NCBI GenBank assembly: GCA_051294905.1
Contig: CM119371.1
Location: forward strand, 31,808,001-31,872,000
Direction: 5' to 3'
DNA length: 64,000 nt
Origin: Botryllus schlosseri
Lineage: Eukaryota
Of this stretch, positions 12,501 through 24,550 are shown piece after piece; position 1 is the first letter of the stretch, and each line of letters begins with the position of its first letter. The notes under the pieces are model-generated. The model searched no databases, was not told the origin of the DNA, and saw nothing but the letters and a program-made list of their open reading frames with translations. Made by a program: the position numbers and the translations under genes.

Positions 12501-15500
12501 CCTCTAGGCTTTTTGTAAGACACCGCTGACGCGGATGAGGTGGCGAGGAGGAGCCTAGGTAAACCTCCAACACTTAGGTATCGGAATTCGGAAGTCGACC
12601 TCGGTCGGACTCGAACCTGCACCCATTGGTGTTGCAGCCGCGAATTATACCACTGCACTATCTCGCCACTTACCTAGTAGTAGTAATTCACGACCTATGT
12701 TTAAAAATCCACTCAATAGCAATTGCAATCAATAGGCAAAGCTTTTTTAGTGTGACGTCACTGTATCCATAGCTCATTTGAAAACCCACTTGTAGGTGCT
12801 AAAGGGTGTCCGTAATTCGGGCCACGAATATATGATAACCCTACTAGAGTGTGGCCTGACTATGGATGCAGCCATCGGGCTGAAATGTTTGCTCACACCT
12901 ACAGGTATACGAAAATTTCACTGTTTACAAAAGTACCATTATCAAACTAACTATCGGGTTACAGCAGCAACCAGGGTGTTGAATATGAGTAGGCTACGTC
13001 TGCACGTCTATGCCGGTGGATATTATATGTAGGAAAGCTAACCAATAACAGTGTCTCAGTGGTTAGGTTTCAGCTTATCCAAGCACGCGGGTTCGATATC
13101 TAGTGAGTTTCGCTCGCCATGAATCCAGCCAATGAGCGAAAAACTGCCGATCCCAAGGTCGCATGAATATGCGGGGTCGTGGAAGGAAAGTACTGCCAAA
13201 TACCTCTTTGGATAACTGAGAACTATGCACACTGCACAGTAAGAGATGATCCGTTGCAGCAACCCCACGCAAGGCAGAAGCGCAATCCCCTCTCACTCCG
13301 CGGCCCCATTCAAATTACAGTATCCGCTTAATCCTTATGACAAACGTACACGATACACCATCAAAACACTGTTAATGGGTTTTGTATCGAAAGGTAACGT
13401 TCCCAATTTTGTAAATTTTCAGGAAACTGTGGCTCGCCGGTGATCGAACCCAATGTCAATGTGCAGTCTGAAGTGGCGGACTCTCGTGTCAGGCAAGTAA
13501 CCGACCAACAGAGATGAAAACAATGCCCCAATTCATGAAAAGAAAAAATAATGTTTTTTCAAAGCCATGACGTCACGAATATTCAATTGTGACGTCATAA
13601 GGAATTGACATTGACAATTCAAAATATAGGGTAAATATAGCTCCTTTGACGAAATATCTGTACTATAACTGTTGAGCCGACTATTTTGAGGGTTCAAACC
13701 ATCCCATATCGATATACCTCGTCTAAATAGGGTAGTAATTGTGCATAGGCTGATACAACATGTGTTTTAAAAAGTATTTACACAATTATTGCATAATTTT
13801 ACAACTTAAAAAACACAATTATGGTTTTTTTTCAAAAAGGCCTTTGTTTAAAACACCATTTGTTTCAAATCCAACCCTTGACTGAATCATTCCTTCGATC
13901 TGCGATACGCAGAGGTAGTCAGAGTAGTGAACGTTGGTACTCAAATCAAAGTAGAAGTAGGGATTTACAAGACCTGTCTCATGACTCTAGTAGTTAATCT
14001 GAGGTATCAACACTTTCGAAATCTCAAGATGCATCTTCAAGACTAACGAACAGTAAGTAGGTTACATACCCAGCTATCGTTTCACAGAGTGTATTTCACG
14101 CGGTTCTTATGGCAATTTCTGTCGTGAAATTGTCGAAAACTTATCCCGAAACTACTTTCCTATTTCTCAAAATGGATATTGTAAATAGTGAATAGTTTTG
14201 CCATGGCCTTAGCAGTGTACAGGTAGGCCGATCATGATCATATATGACGCTTTAAAGACTGAATTCGATTGAATGCCTGGCAATTTCATAATTTCCGACG
14301 CCACGTTCTTCTTGCGGAATGTACGCCCTTTCATCAAACATTTTCCTCTCACATATTGGGTCTGTACTGTCCAACGTCATATCTTATTTGTCTATGAACA
14401 ATTCCCTCGCTATAGAAACTGTTCAAGCAAAAGTGGAAGTCGTTTAAAATTGGTCATAACCACTGGAGTTAGTAGTGCAGGCTTTGCCAACTTGAGGCTA
14501 GAGTACTATGAAAACGTAGGCGCACTACGTTACACAACGTTGGGCAATTATTTTTCTTGGCGTGCCAAATGTGCAGCAGAATATACTTTGACGGGTCGAA
14601 ACAGAAGTTTAGACTGTGCGGTGCCTTGTCTAGTTTTACTTCCAAATTGAAAGTGGTGAATTACATTATTAATACATGCGGCCAGGTGGATATGATAATA
14701 TTAGGCTTCGTCCTGAGCTATGTATGCTTTAGTAAAATATCCTTACTGTTTTGCTAACTTCGTTAGCAAGTCTGTCGCATCAGCCGAGTATATGTATTTC
14801 ACTGCATGATTTTTCTCATAATGTCGACTCAAATTATAATCCTTAACCAAGGAGATCTGCTCGGTGGTCATTATAGACCAGTTTACAGCCGACTCCGGTA
14901 AACAAATAAATGTATACATAGTGCTCCAAATCTTGTTGAAACGTCGGCCTTCCGTCGCACCTTTCATTGCTGGACATATTATCGTTTATGAATGAGGATA
15001 ACCGTTAATCACGTGCACTGAATGCATTATTTTACGAATTAGGAGTCGGAAACATATGACGTAAGAGCTTAATGCACAGACCTTGTAATTCCAAATGTTA
15101 TAATGGTCACAAGCAAGATTTGAACTTGAATATGGAAACAGGAACATATCACTTTATTTGTTACGGCACACTCTGCTATATTGAACATTGGTTTGGTGCA
15201 CAAGGCCGTAGTTGCTAAGCACCATAATACCCAATATACATACATATATTGACCGCGGGTCACTCATACGACGTACACTGAAAAAAAAAATTACCTCGAT
15301 TTACCGCGAAATGTCTGGAAGCAGGGTGGCCAGCCACTTGGCAGTAATATAACATTACCGTCACTCAATGTAAATTCAACTTACAACCGTCCGGTAATCA
15401 AACTTTACATGCCAGACTGTAATGTTACAGTCACCTCTGGTATATTCAATCTACATTTTCTTCTGTAAATTTACCACCGAGACTGTAATTTTACCGCCTT

Positions 15501-18500
15501 ACCTACCTACCTACAACCCTACATGCTGTCCTTGCAAACCAGATTACATGCCAGCTTGTAAATTCACGTCTCAGCCTACATCCATACCTATCCCAAAGCA
15601 ACGCGATGCCAAAATACCGCAAAAGTTTCTTCACGCTCTCAAGACGACATTAGGACAACTGTATATTCATTCATGATTCACGATGGAGGTATAATTCTTG
15701 TTTAGGAGGCATGCAAATATAGCACGAGTGGTCCCAAGAAAAGGTGAATTAATTCCAACGCCGGATAAACTTCCAATTGTTTCTTTTTCTCGTCTTCATT
15801 CCTTCTGTGTGACTAGTATCTTGCAGTTCCACTAAAAATGATTCATGCGTAAGTCACTATACTAAGCCAAGTTGCTAACCTAGACATGACTTATAAAGAC
15901 TAAGACAAATAGGCTAACAAAAATATAACAATTTTTGAAGTACCGGTACTGGTACATTGTGAGTTGACGACTCCTCATTTGACATGATATAGCAGAGATT
16001 CATGACTTAAATGATCAATGTATTGAAAGAAAAGGTTCCTCATTTGATGCGGCATGTGAGCCAAACATCCAGCAGTGGATGAAAACATATCTAAGCTATG
16101 ACCCGATAAATGTCAATAACAAGCTAACAGTTTCAACTACTCCGCGGCAGAGTATGTGGTGTCGCAGGTCATTATACAAGTCGACTAATATCCCAAAATA
16201 GAACTGAGAATGGGGCGACTGAAATATTTAAATCATGAAACCAAAGTCATCCGGGTGGTGTGCACAGTCGTAGATATTCACGGTAACTAATACTATACAG
16301 TAGGCTACTGTACCTTTTACGATGCGCATCCCATTCATCAGTCCTGAGAATCTTCAACGAAAGTCTCTACTTTCTTCAATCACAAGTCACAAGCTTCGCA
16401 CCGTCAGCCTTAGCATGCCCAAAGCTCAATATTAATGGCCGACCAGTCGGCTACTCGGCTCGACACGCAGACGACTTTGAAATCAGTGATATTCATCCGC
16501 TCACATATGCCACCAATAATATTTACTGTCCACGTTATAATGTTCAATCCAGGTTGGTTTTTCATACAGAAACATCCATCAACACCTATAGTCCCTTTCT
16601 TTTGCATCTAATTTCGTATATATTAATATTTATTGCTCCACGTGTGGTTCCCTACTTACTTACCAAACCGGACGCTATCTGTGATGTCACAGTTGATTGT
16701 TGGTTGTTTACTACGAATCTCAGAAAAACCGCAACGCGCAACCTAAGGTAACCTATTATATGTCGCCGTGTCTGCCATTAAGAAATGGTCAATTGAGCCT
16801 GCTGCTGTGCTGATATTTCTAGTTTCAGGAATAAGATTATATATCCTAAACTGATTTTTGTAACTCATTAGCCCTATCTGTTACAAGAAATTTAACCGCC
16901 GAGACCGACCGTGTAGCCATAGCCTTATAATATAATGTCTATGGTGTAACTATACATTGTCAGCTGCTTCTTGCACTCAACTGTGCACTATACCGAAATT
17001 GGTTCTAGGGTCAACCAGTTCCGTGTGACCTAATCCTGTCTCGCGAACGAGGTTGAATCAAGTCAAATCGCAACAAGAATGATATCACAGTGACATGCAC
17101 TTCCACGTATCCACTGGTTGCTGGGGCTTGGAAGCTAATCAATTTTGCCAATAGCTTGGTAAAATGCCGTAGCGAGTAACTGTCAGTAACCTTGGGAAGA
17201 AATTCTGGTAACTTGACTTAGCAGCTAAATTAATGTAATATTACATATCAAAATATAAAATGACAAGCTACACGCTGCTATTGGCTACGACCGGTAATTC
17301 GTTGTAAAATTTACAGAAATTTCTTTGTAAATCTACCAGATTTTTTTGTGTGTACGTCGGTTACGTAATCACGGTACTTAAAATAAACTAGACTTCAAAG
17401 TTCACGCTTTTCCTGTTTAGTTTATATAACACAGCCCACAGTTTTAGTCCGCTCATTAACATTAATAAATTTATTTTATGTTATAAAACTTTTCGCGGGT
17501 CGGTCAGAATCACGTCGCGGGCCGCATTTGGCCCGCAGGCCGCACAATGTCCAGGTATGACGTTACTGAACATCTTTGCATACAAGTTATGTCACTTCAC
17601 TCCACTCCAAAGTTGATGTCCCAGTACATAACTAACAGGATTGAAATATACAGTTACGCCGTGAATCTTGACTAAGCCCCTACTTCGCAGGATCTTGGGC
17701 GGCAGCTACGCCATGCACGGGAGCTGGCCTTGGATGGCGAGTATTCGAGTGACGTTTCGGCCGGACGATTCACATTTCTGCGGCGGTACCCTCGTCGATC
17801 CGAGATGGGTTCTTACAGCGGCGCATTGTCTAGACGACGGTACTTCGTAAGTTTCAATCCCGGGCCTCTAGCTGAAGTACCACAGGCGAAATGCAAGGTG
17901 GAAATACTATAGACACTCTTCAGTAGAAGACAATAGTGTTCGAAGTAGTCAGAGTTGGTACCCAACGTAGAAGTAGAAATAACGCCTTAAAGTTATACTC
18001 AATTACAAGTAGAAGTGCGAATTCCAAGACCTATCAAAATCGCTTCAAGTGAAGAGAGAAATTGATAGAGAAATAATAAAGTACGCAGTTTAAAAAAGTA
18101 GATTTGGAATTGAGCAATTTATCGGAGGTAGCTGCAACCGAAATCTCAAGATGTATCTTTGCGACAGACAAAAAATTATTAACGACGCTACATACTAAAG
18201 AGGATTTGTTTTTAGACTACTTCTCGTTTCCCATTAAGAGTTTTAGACAAAACTAAGTATTTTATATAATTTGGATTTTAAAAAGTATAAATTAGTTTTG
18301 GGGTAAGAAATTCCCACAAGAGCCGAGTGAAATAGGTCTTGTATCATGGTAACTGAATATATTCTCGAAGAATATACCGATATATAGTCTAATTAGCTAT
18401 TTTTCGTTAGCTTCGAAAACGCATCTTGCAATTTCGAATTATTAATCACCTCCGATTACCTATACTAAACGTATACCAACACTTGAACAAAAACAGTACT

Positions 18501-21084
18501 TAATTTAGTACTTTTCATTCCGTCGTAGTTTTCTCTTCCACTTGAATTAGCTTTGGCATGAATTGAAACTGCTACTTTTACTTCTAATTTAGTGGAAATG
18601 CAGGGCTCTACTTCTACCTCTGCTTAAGTAGTAACCGTGACTATACTATGACTACCTCTTTTGTCGTCATCCAGAAACACCCCGCAGATAATTTACCACG
18701 AATATTTCAGCGCTAGACTTCTGCTCATTCGAATGGGTCATCACGTTGGCAACGAGCCACAAGCTCAGTCGAGACACGTGCTGAATTATTATATCCACGA
18801 AGCATATTCCAAGACTAAAGTCATCAACGATATCGCTTTGATCGAACTGAAATCTCCGTTCGTATTGACTGATTACGTGATGACCGCCTGCCTGCCGCAC
18901 CCCGAATACATCGTACCTGGAGGCACGAAATGTGTGATTTCCGGGTGGGGGAGGACATTCGGTGAGTGGTAACGATTGGTTGCATGACGATAGTGTATAG
19001 AAGAACCCTATAAAGACAGATATATCATTTGAAGAGATTCTTGATGGTACAGAATTTTAATATACAATTTAGTAATACGTTCCTATTGACACGATCCGGA
19101 ATATTTTCGGCTGACTCTCCTTAGGAGTAATCGTCAGCAACTACAGTGTATAATAAAATAAAGAGAACATTGTATATCAACAATCGTATCCATGTTGGTA
19201 TCAATATCGCACATAACATTCTCTTCGATTCTCTACTAGTTGCTGACGATTACCCCTGACGTGTGCCAGCCGAAAATATTCGGGTGTATTTCAAAGCAGA
19301 TATATTACTCATTTATTCTCACTAGAGATGAATAGTGATACACGTGGTATCAGCATAGATATGGATGACTATTTCTAAAACCGGATTTGAAAATAGAATT
19401 TGGATAGTTCTTCTGTTTATTCCGAAGGTTGATTTAGACCTTGACGCTGAATTTCTAAAGACTTCCATGTGAAGCTTTGGAATAAAATCATTACCGGATA
19501 TGGACTTGGGGCATGATACACTGTAGAATCTCGGATGAAAAATAGTTGTCTTTATCAGATTTACAATATAGCGTAGGGATCAAATCTTACCATCGGCCAT
19601 TTTGGGGGAACATTATGCTTTCTTTTGCCCTTTTTATTTTATCTAATTGAAAAGTCGATATATATATATATATATTATGCTTAGAGAACGTTTTCAACTA
19701 GTGAAGTAATCACATACATAAGTCCTTGTTAACTTGTGCCATATTTTCGCGCCTTAGTGGGCCGGTTGAGGAAAACAGAACCAACTCCATCCTTGGGATA
19801 TATTTCCATATGAATTTGTTGTGTTTGACTCGTATTCACCTATTGGAATCAGTATGAATGCGGAATTTCTCATCAGATGTAACCTTTTTAAACTGATTTA
19901 CAGCCTAAGCTAGGGTAGAAATCGATTGTTGTGGAAGAAATGAGTTGCCAATTTGGAATTACAAAGGGATTTGCATCCCATACCCAAAAAAGATCTGCAT
20001 TTGAAAATATTCAATCCTATCATCCCACTGCTTTTTAGGCTATAATGCTCACCAAGAGCGGATTGAAATTCTCTGCACCTCAAATGTTTGAAATGTTTTC
20101 AAGATGAGGTTACTTGCACATTTAGACCCTTCCCATAACGACGCGCTAAAGGAGGCTATCACGACTGTAAACGACTATAGGACGTGTCTCCGTTTCTCGC
20201 ATCGTCACATGCTAGACAGGACGCAGATGTGCGCTGGTGAACCAAACAGTGGTCAAGATACCTGCAGGGTAATGGATTCGTTGCGTGAATATAAATATGG
20301 TATCGGCAGGGGTATAAACAGCTTAGTGAAGTAAAGAAAACGACGTAATGGATCTTTATTGCTTCAAAATTAATGTTATATCAAATATATCGATGACGTG
20401 GCTGTGTTGCGAAAAGTATTTACCTCGGAGCTAGAAAGCTCGTCGATATCTTCATTGCTTTATTACTTATTTGTATTGATTTCAAACTGATGTCTGAGCA
20501 CACAGATTGATGTGATACTGTTATGTGAGGTAAATGCCTAGTCCAGTTCCACCTATGAATAATAAACATATACTTATTACATACTGTTGTGAATTATATA
20601 ATTCACTGTAAAACCATGTGGATATAAACTCTGGTATGAGGCTATGTCGTTGTACCGAATAGTACCACTGAATTAGTAATAGTGATGCTACATATACATA
20701 GGCTAATAAATTGATTATATGATCAGCTTGCTCTCTTGTGGTGTTCTGTCATTTAGAGGCTTTGTAGCTAGAGTTTTTGTTAAAACATATTGCTGGGCGA
20801 AGGAAATGAGTTGGCTTTCTAGACAAGACTTTGGCCAATACGAGATATCACACCCACATAATGAATAAAATCCTATCATGAGCGGTCCAAATAACCCATG
20901 AACAACGCGTTCTATTACGCAGGGAGACAGTGGCGGACCGATGTCTTGTTTTGACGGCGAAGCATGGACCGTACAAGGCGTGACATCTTGGGGTAGCTCG
21001 TGCGAAAACAAAAAGGGCAGCTACGGAGCTTACACAAGAGTGAGCAAATATATCGACTGGATCAATGGGCATATTGACACATAA
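462..21084 (+). CDS. Plasminogen-like kringle serine protease, 5'-incomplete, 10 exons in window: 462-586, 3366-3497, 4107-4212, 7183-7365, 8878-9068, 13423-13492, 17691-17846, 18711-18961, 20126-20268, 20923-21084
   Basis: Hand-spliced exons join in frame at AG/GT boundaries plus one GC donor. Kringle motifs NYCRNPD, WCYT, RW.YC occur three times. Activation site R-ILGG; catalytic TAAHC, DIAL, GDSGGP; Asp189 in QDTC; stop TAA 21082-21084. Confidence 0.93.
964..2082. mobile_element. Non-autonomous hAT element (MITE), TAGGGTTACC/GGCAACCCTA family
   Basis: TIRs; 8-bp TSD ttataggc/ttatagac; related copies at 4509, 11281, 55308, 56715. Confidence 0.85.
2257..2875. mobile_element. Foldback (near-perfect palindromic) hAT MITE
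   Basis: The element is self-complementary along almost its whole length; perfect 8-bp TSD CTCTTCAT. Confidence 0.92.
3366..3497 (+). CDS. Exon: first half of kringle 2 ([35 protein letters not shown]...)
   Basis: ttgcag acceptor, G|gtttgc donor, phase 1-1; not in the ORF track, read by hand. Confidence 0.9.
4107..4212 (+). CDS. Exon: second half of kringle 2 ([34 protein letters not shown])
   Basis: tttcgcag acceptor, AT|gtaagg donor; phase matches both neighbours. Confidence 0.92.
4303..6178. mobile_element. hAT MITE (CAGGGGTGGCCAACC TIR) containing the nested 4509-5582 element
   Basis: TIRs; uninterrupted relative at 44069-44756. Confidence 0.8.
4509..5582. mobile_element. hAT MITE, TAGGGTTACC family, nested
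   Basis: TIRs; TSD atatagaa/atatggaa. Confidence 0.85.
7183..7365 (+). CDS. Exon: K2 end, linker and first half of kringle 3 ([31 protein letters not shown]...NYPC)
   Basis: ttttacag acceptor, AG|gtacat donor. Confidence 0.92.
8365..8762. mobile_element. Short hAT MITE (TAGGGTTACCAT TIR, GTCCT-rich subtermini)
   Basis: Perfect TSD CCTAATAT; relatives at 46495, 50736 and near 63894. Confidence 0.88.
8878..9068 (+). CDS. Exon: second half of kringle 3 plus poly-Thr linker
   Basis: [33 protein letters not shown] followed by a Thr run; tttag acceptor, A|gtaagt donor. Confidence 0.92.
9886..10928. mobile_element. hAT MITE with (CAAGT/GAGTC)n subterminal repeats, nested
   Basis: Imperfect TIR cattgtaggga/tcccaacactg; TSD gttcgtgg/gttcatgg. 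Confidence 0.7.
10220..10370 (-). mobile_element. 5'-truncated copy of the tRNA-derived SINE
   Basis: Aligns by eye with the 3' part of 12391-12673, including the (AAAC)n tail. Confidence 0.75.
11281..12843. mobile_element. hAT MITE, TAGGG family, containing a SINE
   Basis: tagggtcaccatac...tatgataacccta; similar to 964-2082 and 56715-57811; TSD decayed. Confidence 0.7.
12391..12673 (-). mobile_element. Full-length tRNA-derived SINE
   Basis: Minus strand: A box TAGTGCAGTGG, B box GGTTCGAGTCC, (AAAC)n tail; TSD CTAGTAGTAG. Confidence 0.85.
13423..13492 (+). CDS. Exon: activation-peptide region ([23 protein letters not shown]), GC donor
   Basis: ttttcag acceptor; CGxP motif supplies the inter-chain Cys; AG|gcaagt donor completes the Arg codon before ILGG. 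Confidence 0.8.
15276..17352. mobile_element. Probable non-autonomous CACTA/EnSpm-like DNA element
   Basis: CACTGAAAAAA...TTTTTTGTGTG ends flanked by TA within a palindromic target CGACG-TA-CGTCG; subterminal TTACC/GGTAA motifs. Confidence 0.5.
17691..17846 (+). CDS. Exon: protease N-terminus with His57 ([17 protein letters not shown]...HFCGGTL...WVLTAAHC)
   Basis: Trypsin His motif; ttcgcag acceptor, gtaagt donor. Confidence 0.95.
18711..18961 (+). CDS. Exon: protease with Asp102 (NDIALIEL...TACLP...CVISGWGRT)
   Basis: tttcag acceptor, gtgagt donor. Confidence 0.95.
19031..19310. mobile_element. Degenerate inverted pair of Penelope 3' ends (pLTR) in a protease intron
   Basis: Matches 33215-33367 and 34240-34330, including hammerhead-core remnants. 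Confidence 0.75.
20126..20268 (+). CDS. Exon: protease (LKEA...C...[14 protein letters not shown])
   Basis: tttag acceptor, gtaatg donor; contains Asp189. Confidence 0.92.
20923..21084 (+). CDS. Terminal exon with catalytic Ser195 ([53 protein letters not shown])
   Basis: tacgcag acceptor, GDSGGP, stop TAA. Confidence 0.95.
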   Translation, partial: GDSGGPMSCFDGEAWTVQGVTSWGSSCENKKGSYGAYTRVSKYIDWINGHIDT

Positions 21085-22224
21085 TGAGAGCAACAGGAAC
21101 TTGGGCTACGGAGCCGGTTTATATTGCCGGATTCCACATCCACCCGCACTTCAATTCTAGTGAAATATATTGTGTTATCTACTACTGCTATTATAATCTA
21201 TTACACAGATTGAGTTACGGTTAAGCTTGATATTCGTGTTATGTTGCTGTCATAAATGCGTAACAGGTAGAACACCGTTTTAACTGCGTGGGGGAAAGCT
21301 GTCATGGATGCGTCGCCTCGATAAAACACCTGATTTACTGCGTGGATAAGCCCTCATTGTAGGAAGATCATCGCATATTGGTTTCATATTGCTTATATCG
21401 CTTAGTGATCTCTAGTTTATTATAACAGGCTTATTCTCCAACGTTGTTGGTATTGAATCACGATGCAGAACAGATCAAAGAGATTTAGCCTATTGTCTAG
21501 CTGGATCCTAGTTTTCTGAATTGTTTTGAACGTCACAGTGAAAGGGAAATTCTACAGTATATTTCTAACTCTAAATTTCATATGTCGACGAATTCAAGAC
21601 AGCGAAATACCTCCGCGCCATTCGCGACAAATTGTAGAGGCATTCTTGGGTCATTCTATTACACGCGGGGCAACTTTGAGAGTAAGTTTAGGAAGAGATT
21701 TTTCCATCCTAGTTAATAAATGATTTTGAATACAAATTGCTAATCATGTCAGCGAGATGCCTATATCAGTGTCAATTTTGGTCCTTGGCGTCAATGACAC
21801 GAATAGTGAGCATGACTGAACAGTTTATTGCGATATTTCCGGATACGGAAAACATAAAGAATAGGCTGAAAGTGCGATTTTCTCCCCACGTACGAATTTT
21901 ATTCATTCATCGCAATTTTGCGGAAAGAAAATATAGGAAGGCGAGAAGTTGTAAATTGATCACGACAAAATATCCAGCTGAGGTATTGCGTGACCAAAGG
22001 CATTTAGCATGTTACCTTCGAAATCATAGCTGAGAACATTGATTAATTAATTAATGACTTTCATTCAATCACTGCCATATAATAGCCTACATATATATAT
22101 ACAGCAGAGTTGGAGTAATTACATTAAATGAGTTCAATTAAAATTGCAAATACAAGTACACAAGCGAGTGGCGCAGTTGGAGCGCCAGCGTCACGACACT
22201 AATGACAGGGGTGCGAATTCCGGT

Positions 22225-22354
22225 CCTTTCCAATTCTCTACTGGTTGCTGACGATTACCCACGACGAGTGTCACCCGAAGATATTCAGGCTCATTTCAAT
22301 ATGTATATACTAATAAATCGTATATTGAAGTTCTGTACCTCCAAGAAGCTCTTC
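22225..22354 (+). mobile_element. Penelope 3'-end (pLTR) fragment with degenerate hammerhead
   Basis: Matches 34255-34350 and the GAAGCTCTTC terminus seen (reverse-complemented) at 33215. Confidence 0.75.
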
Positions 22355-24109
22355 AGCCCAAATACGAATTATAATTGATCCAACTCTGATATACAGTTGA
22401 CTCGGAGACTTTTAGTACGCTCACTTTTCGCCGAAGCAGCGGCGTTGTCCGGATTAAGCGTAAATCAATTGATCAATCAATGAAAATCCATGAATGGCAT
22501 CTGCTCTATACTGCACTAATTGGCACTGAGCGCATAAAATGCGCAAGAGTGAGTTATACCTTCAGATTGCTTGTATGCGGGACCGAAACTGCCGTACCCC
22601 TAATTTGGGGGGCGAACTCGAAAGGATACCAAAATTATATCGCGAATGAACATAAATTATAAAGTTTTTTATTATTTATGCTACTGTTTTAAAATTTTCT
22701 CGCCCGTTGCGCTACTTAATGTGGCAAACTATCTTGCTTATTGGGTACCCTTCCACCAATAAGAAAAGATATGCGTGATTTATAGAAATAGGCATTTCGT
22801 CGTCGGCAATTACCGCGCCACGACACATTAAGAGAAGACATATGAAGTCTAGGCCAACATGCAGTGGCGGCTCGTCCTATAGGGCAACTGGGGCATTGCC
22901 CCACCTAAAATTCTGTTCAGTAACAATTTAACCATTTATAGACGCACAGCGCTCAATATATACCGAGATCACAGCGAAACCCGCGTTCTTCTTGTGCTTT
23001 CGCTTGCAAATGCCCATACATAGAGAAGTCTCTGCGAAAATCGAATTCTCTTCTGTGTTTTCGCTTTGTGAATGCCTAGCCGGGGCTTGCCCCGGTAGCG
23101 CTCATAACAAGCTTTCACTATCTATTCTCTCAAAGCCGCGCACAATTAGGAAACGGTGATATACTCTCTCCTATTCGTAAAATTGCCGAGCAACCGGGGC
23201 ATATATGCCTGTCGCCCCTAAGGTGTGATGCAACAATCGTATCTATATTTGAACTCGGATACCGTGATATGCGTTGAGTTGACCTTTGCTGGTATAGGTC
23301 GATTTTGATGGTGTTTCACACCATGATAATTCTTGAAACTTGGTATGTCATGTCGTGATGGTGGTATTTAACACTGTCCTAAGTTTCAGGGTTTCTACTC
23401 AAAGTTTAGGGTAGTAATTCCGTTTCCAAAGTCGAGTGTGTGCTGATCCGTCATGTATCGCAAACATATTTCACGCAAAGCCGGTATTGGTCTCCATTAA
23501 TTTTAACGATGCTCCTTAGCTAGATCCGTCATGAGCTTTTACATGGTATGTCTTGATTTTAGTATCGAACGCTGTGCCAAGTCTCAAGGTTGGCACTCAA
23601 TGATTAGGGCAGCAATTTCGTTATCAAGTTCGAGTATGGTAGAGATGTGCGCTGATCTGACACTTAGCCTACCTAACGCATTGCGGATTTCACGCAAAAG
23701 CCGGTGTATCTGTGTTCCATACTGAGATAGGTGATGAGATGATGATATCATGAAACAGTTTACTAACATCCTCGGTTTGCATTCAAATATTTAGTTTTAT
23801 TTTATATTCTCCAATGTCAATTTCACCGTGGAATGGTGGCCTTCGGGCCATTTGCTCACAATTACAACCCCTGTCAAGCGCGATAGCTGTTTCGTTTTCG
23901 ATGGCGGCTAACAGCTTATCGCTTGATCAGCCTATTCCTCAGTAAATTTTACGCAAAATTCGGCGTTGATCAATTCGTATTAATTTTGACAGTGTACCAT
24001 ACCGAAAACGGTCATGAGGCTACTTCTCGATGATTTCATGTAAGTAGTATAGTAGATCAGTCGCGAATCGCCATTGTGGCTTATGGGCGGGGTGGCGAGC
24101 TAACGAGAA

Positions 24110-24290
24110 ACCGGGGGTGGCGAGCTAACGTTTTCTTCTTATGGCGGGGGTGGCGAGCTAACGTTTTCGTCTTATGGCGGGGGTGGCGAGCTAACGTTTT
24201 CGTCTTATGGCGGGGGTGGCGAGCTAACGTTTTCGTCTTATGGCGGGGGTGGCATGCTAACGTTTTCGTCTTATGGCGGGGGTGGTGATT
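24110..24290. repeat. Subterminal 33-bp tandem array, about 5 copies (GGCGGGGGTGGCGAGCTAACGTTTTCGTCTTAT); mirror at about 39905-40085
   Basis: Directly visible. Confidence 0.95.
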
Positions 24291-24343
24291 CGTACTTTCA
24301 GACCCCTCTCTCGGCCGTGATTCGTCATGGGTTCTTATGGACG

Positions 24344-24550
24344 CGTACTTTTGGGTATAGGCTGCGGTGGTGACTCGTATTGAAAACTCGTGGTCGTGAG
24401 TCGTACTTTTGGGTATAGGCTGCGGCGGTGACTCGTATTGAAAACTCGTAGTCGTGATTCGTACTTTCGGGTATAGGCTGCGGCGGTGAATCGTATTGAA
24501 ATACTCGTGTTGGTAAGTCGTAATTTCAGGTATAGACTGTGGTGGTGATT
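24344..24550. repeat. Subterminal 58-bp tandem array, about 3.5 copies; mirror at about 39645-39851
   Basis: CGTACTTT recurs at 24344, 24402 and 24460. Confidence 0.9.

Noticed and set aside
12598..12668. Genuine tRNA-Cys gene on the minus strand
   Set aside because: Imperfect stems, continues into a repeated body with (AAAC)n tail and TSD: a SINE head.
13050..13330. Second tRNA-like SINE (A and B box-like motifs)
   Set aside because: No clear second copy, tail or TSD in the window.
21715..21720. AATAAA as the plasminogen poly(A) signal
   Set aside because: Plausible, but not conserved in the duplicate and common in AT-rich DNA; needs transcript data.
23220..24042. Possible additional DNA element between the hAT end and the Maverick, continuing at about 40159-40300
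   Set aside because: The sequence looks repeat-like, but I could not define convincing TIRs or a TSD.
24110..24550. 33-bp and 58-bp arrays as CRISPR, or the WRGWRANVFVL ORFs as proteins
   Set aside because: Head-to-tail repeats without unique spacers, no cas genes, eukaryotic context; the ORFs are translations of the repeat.
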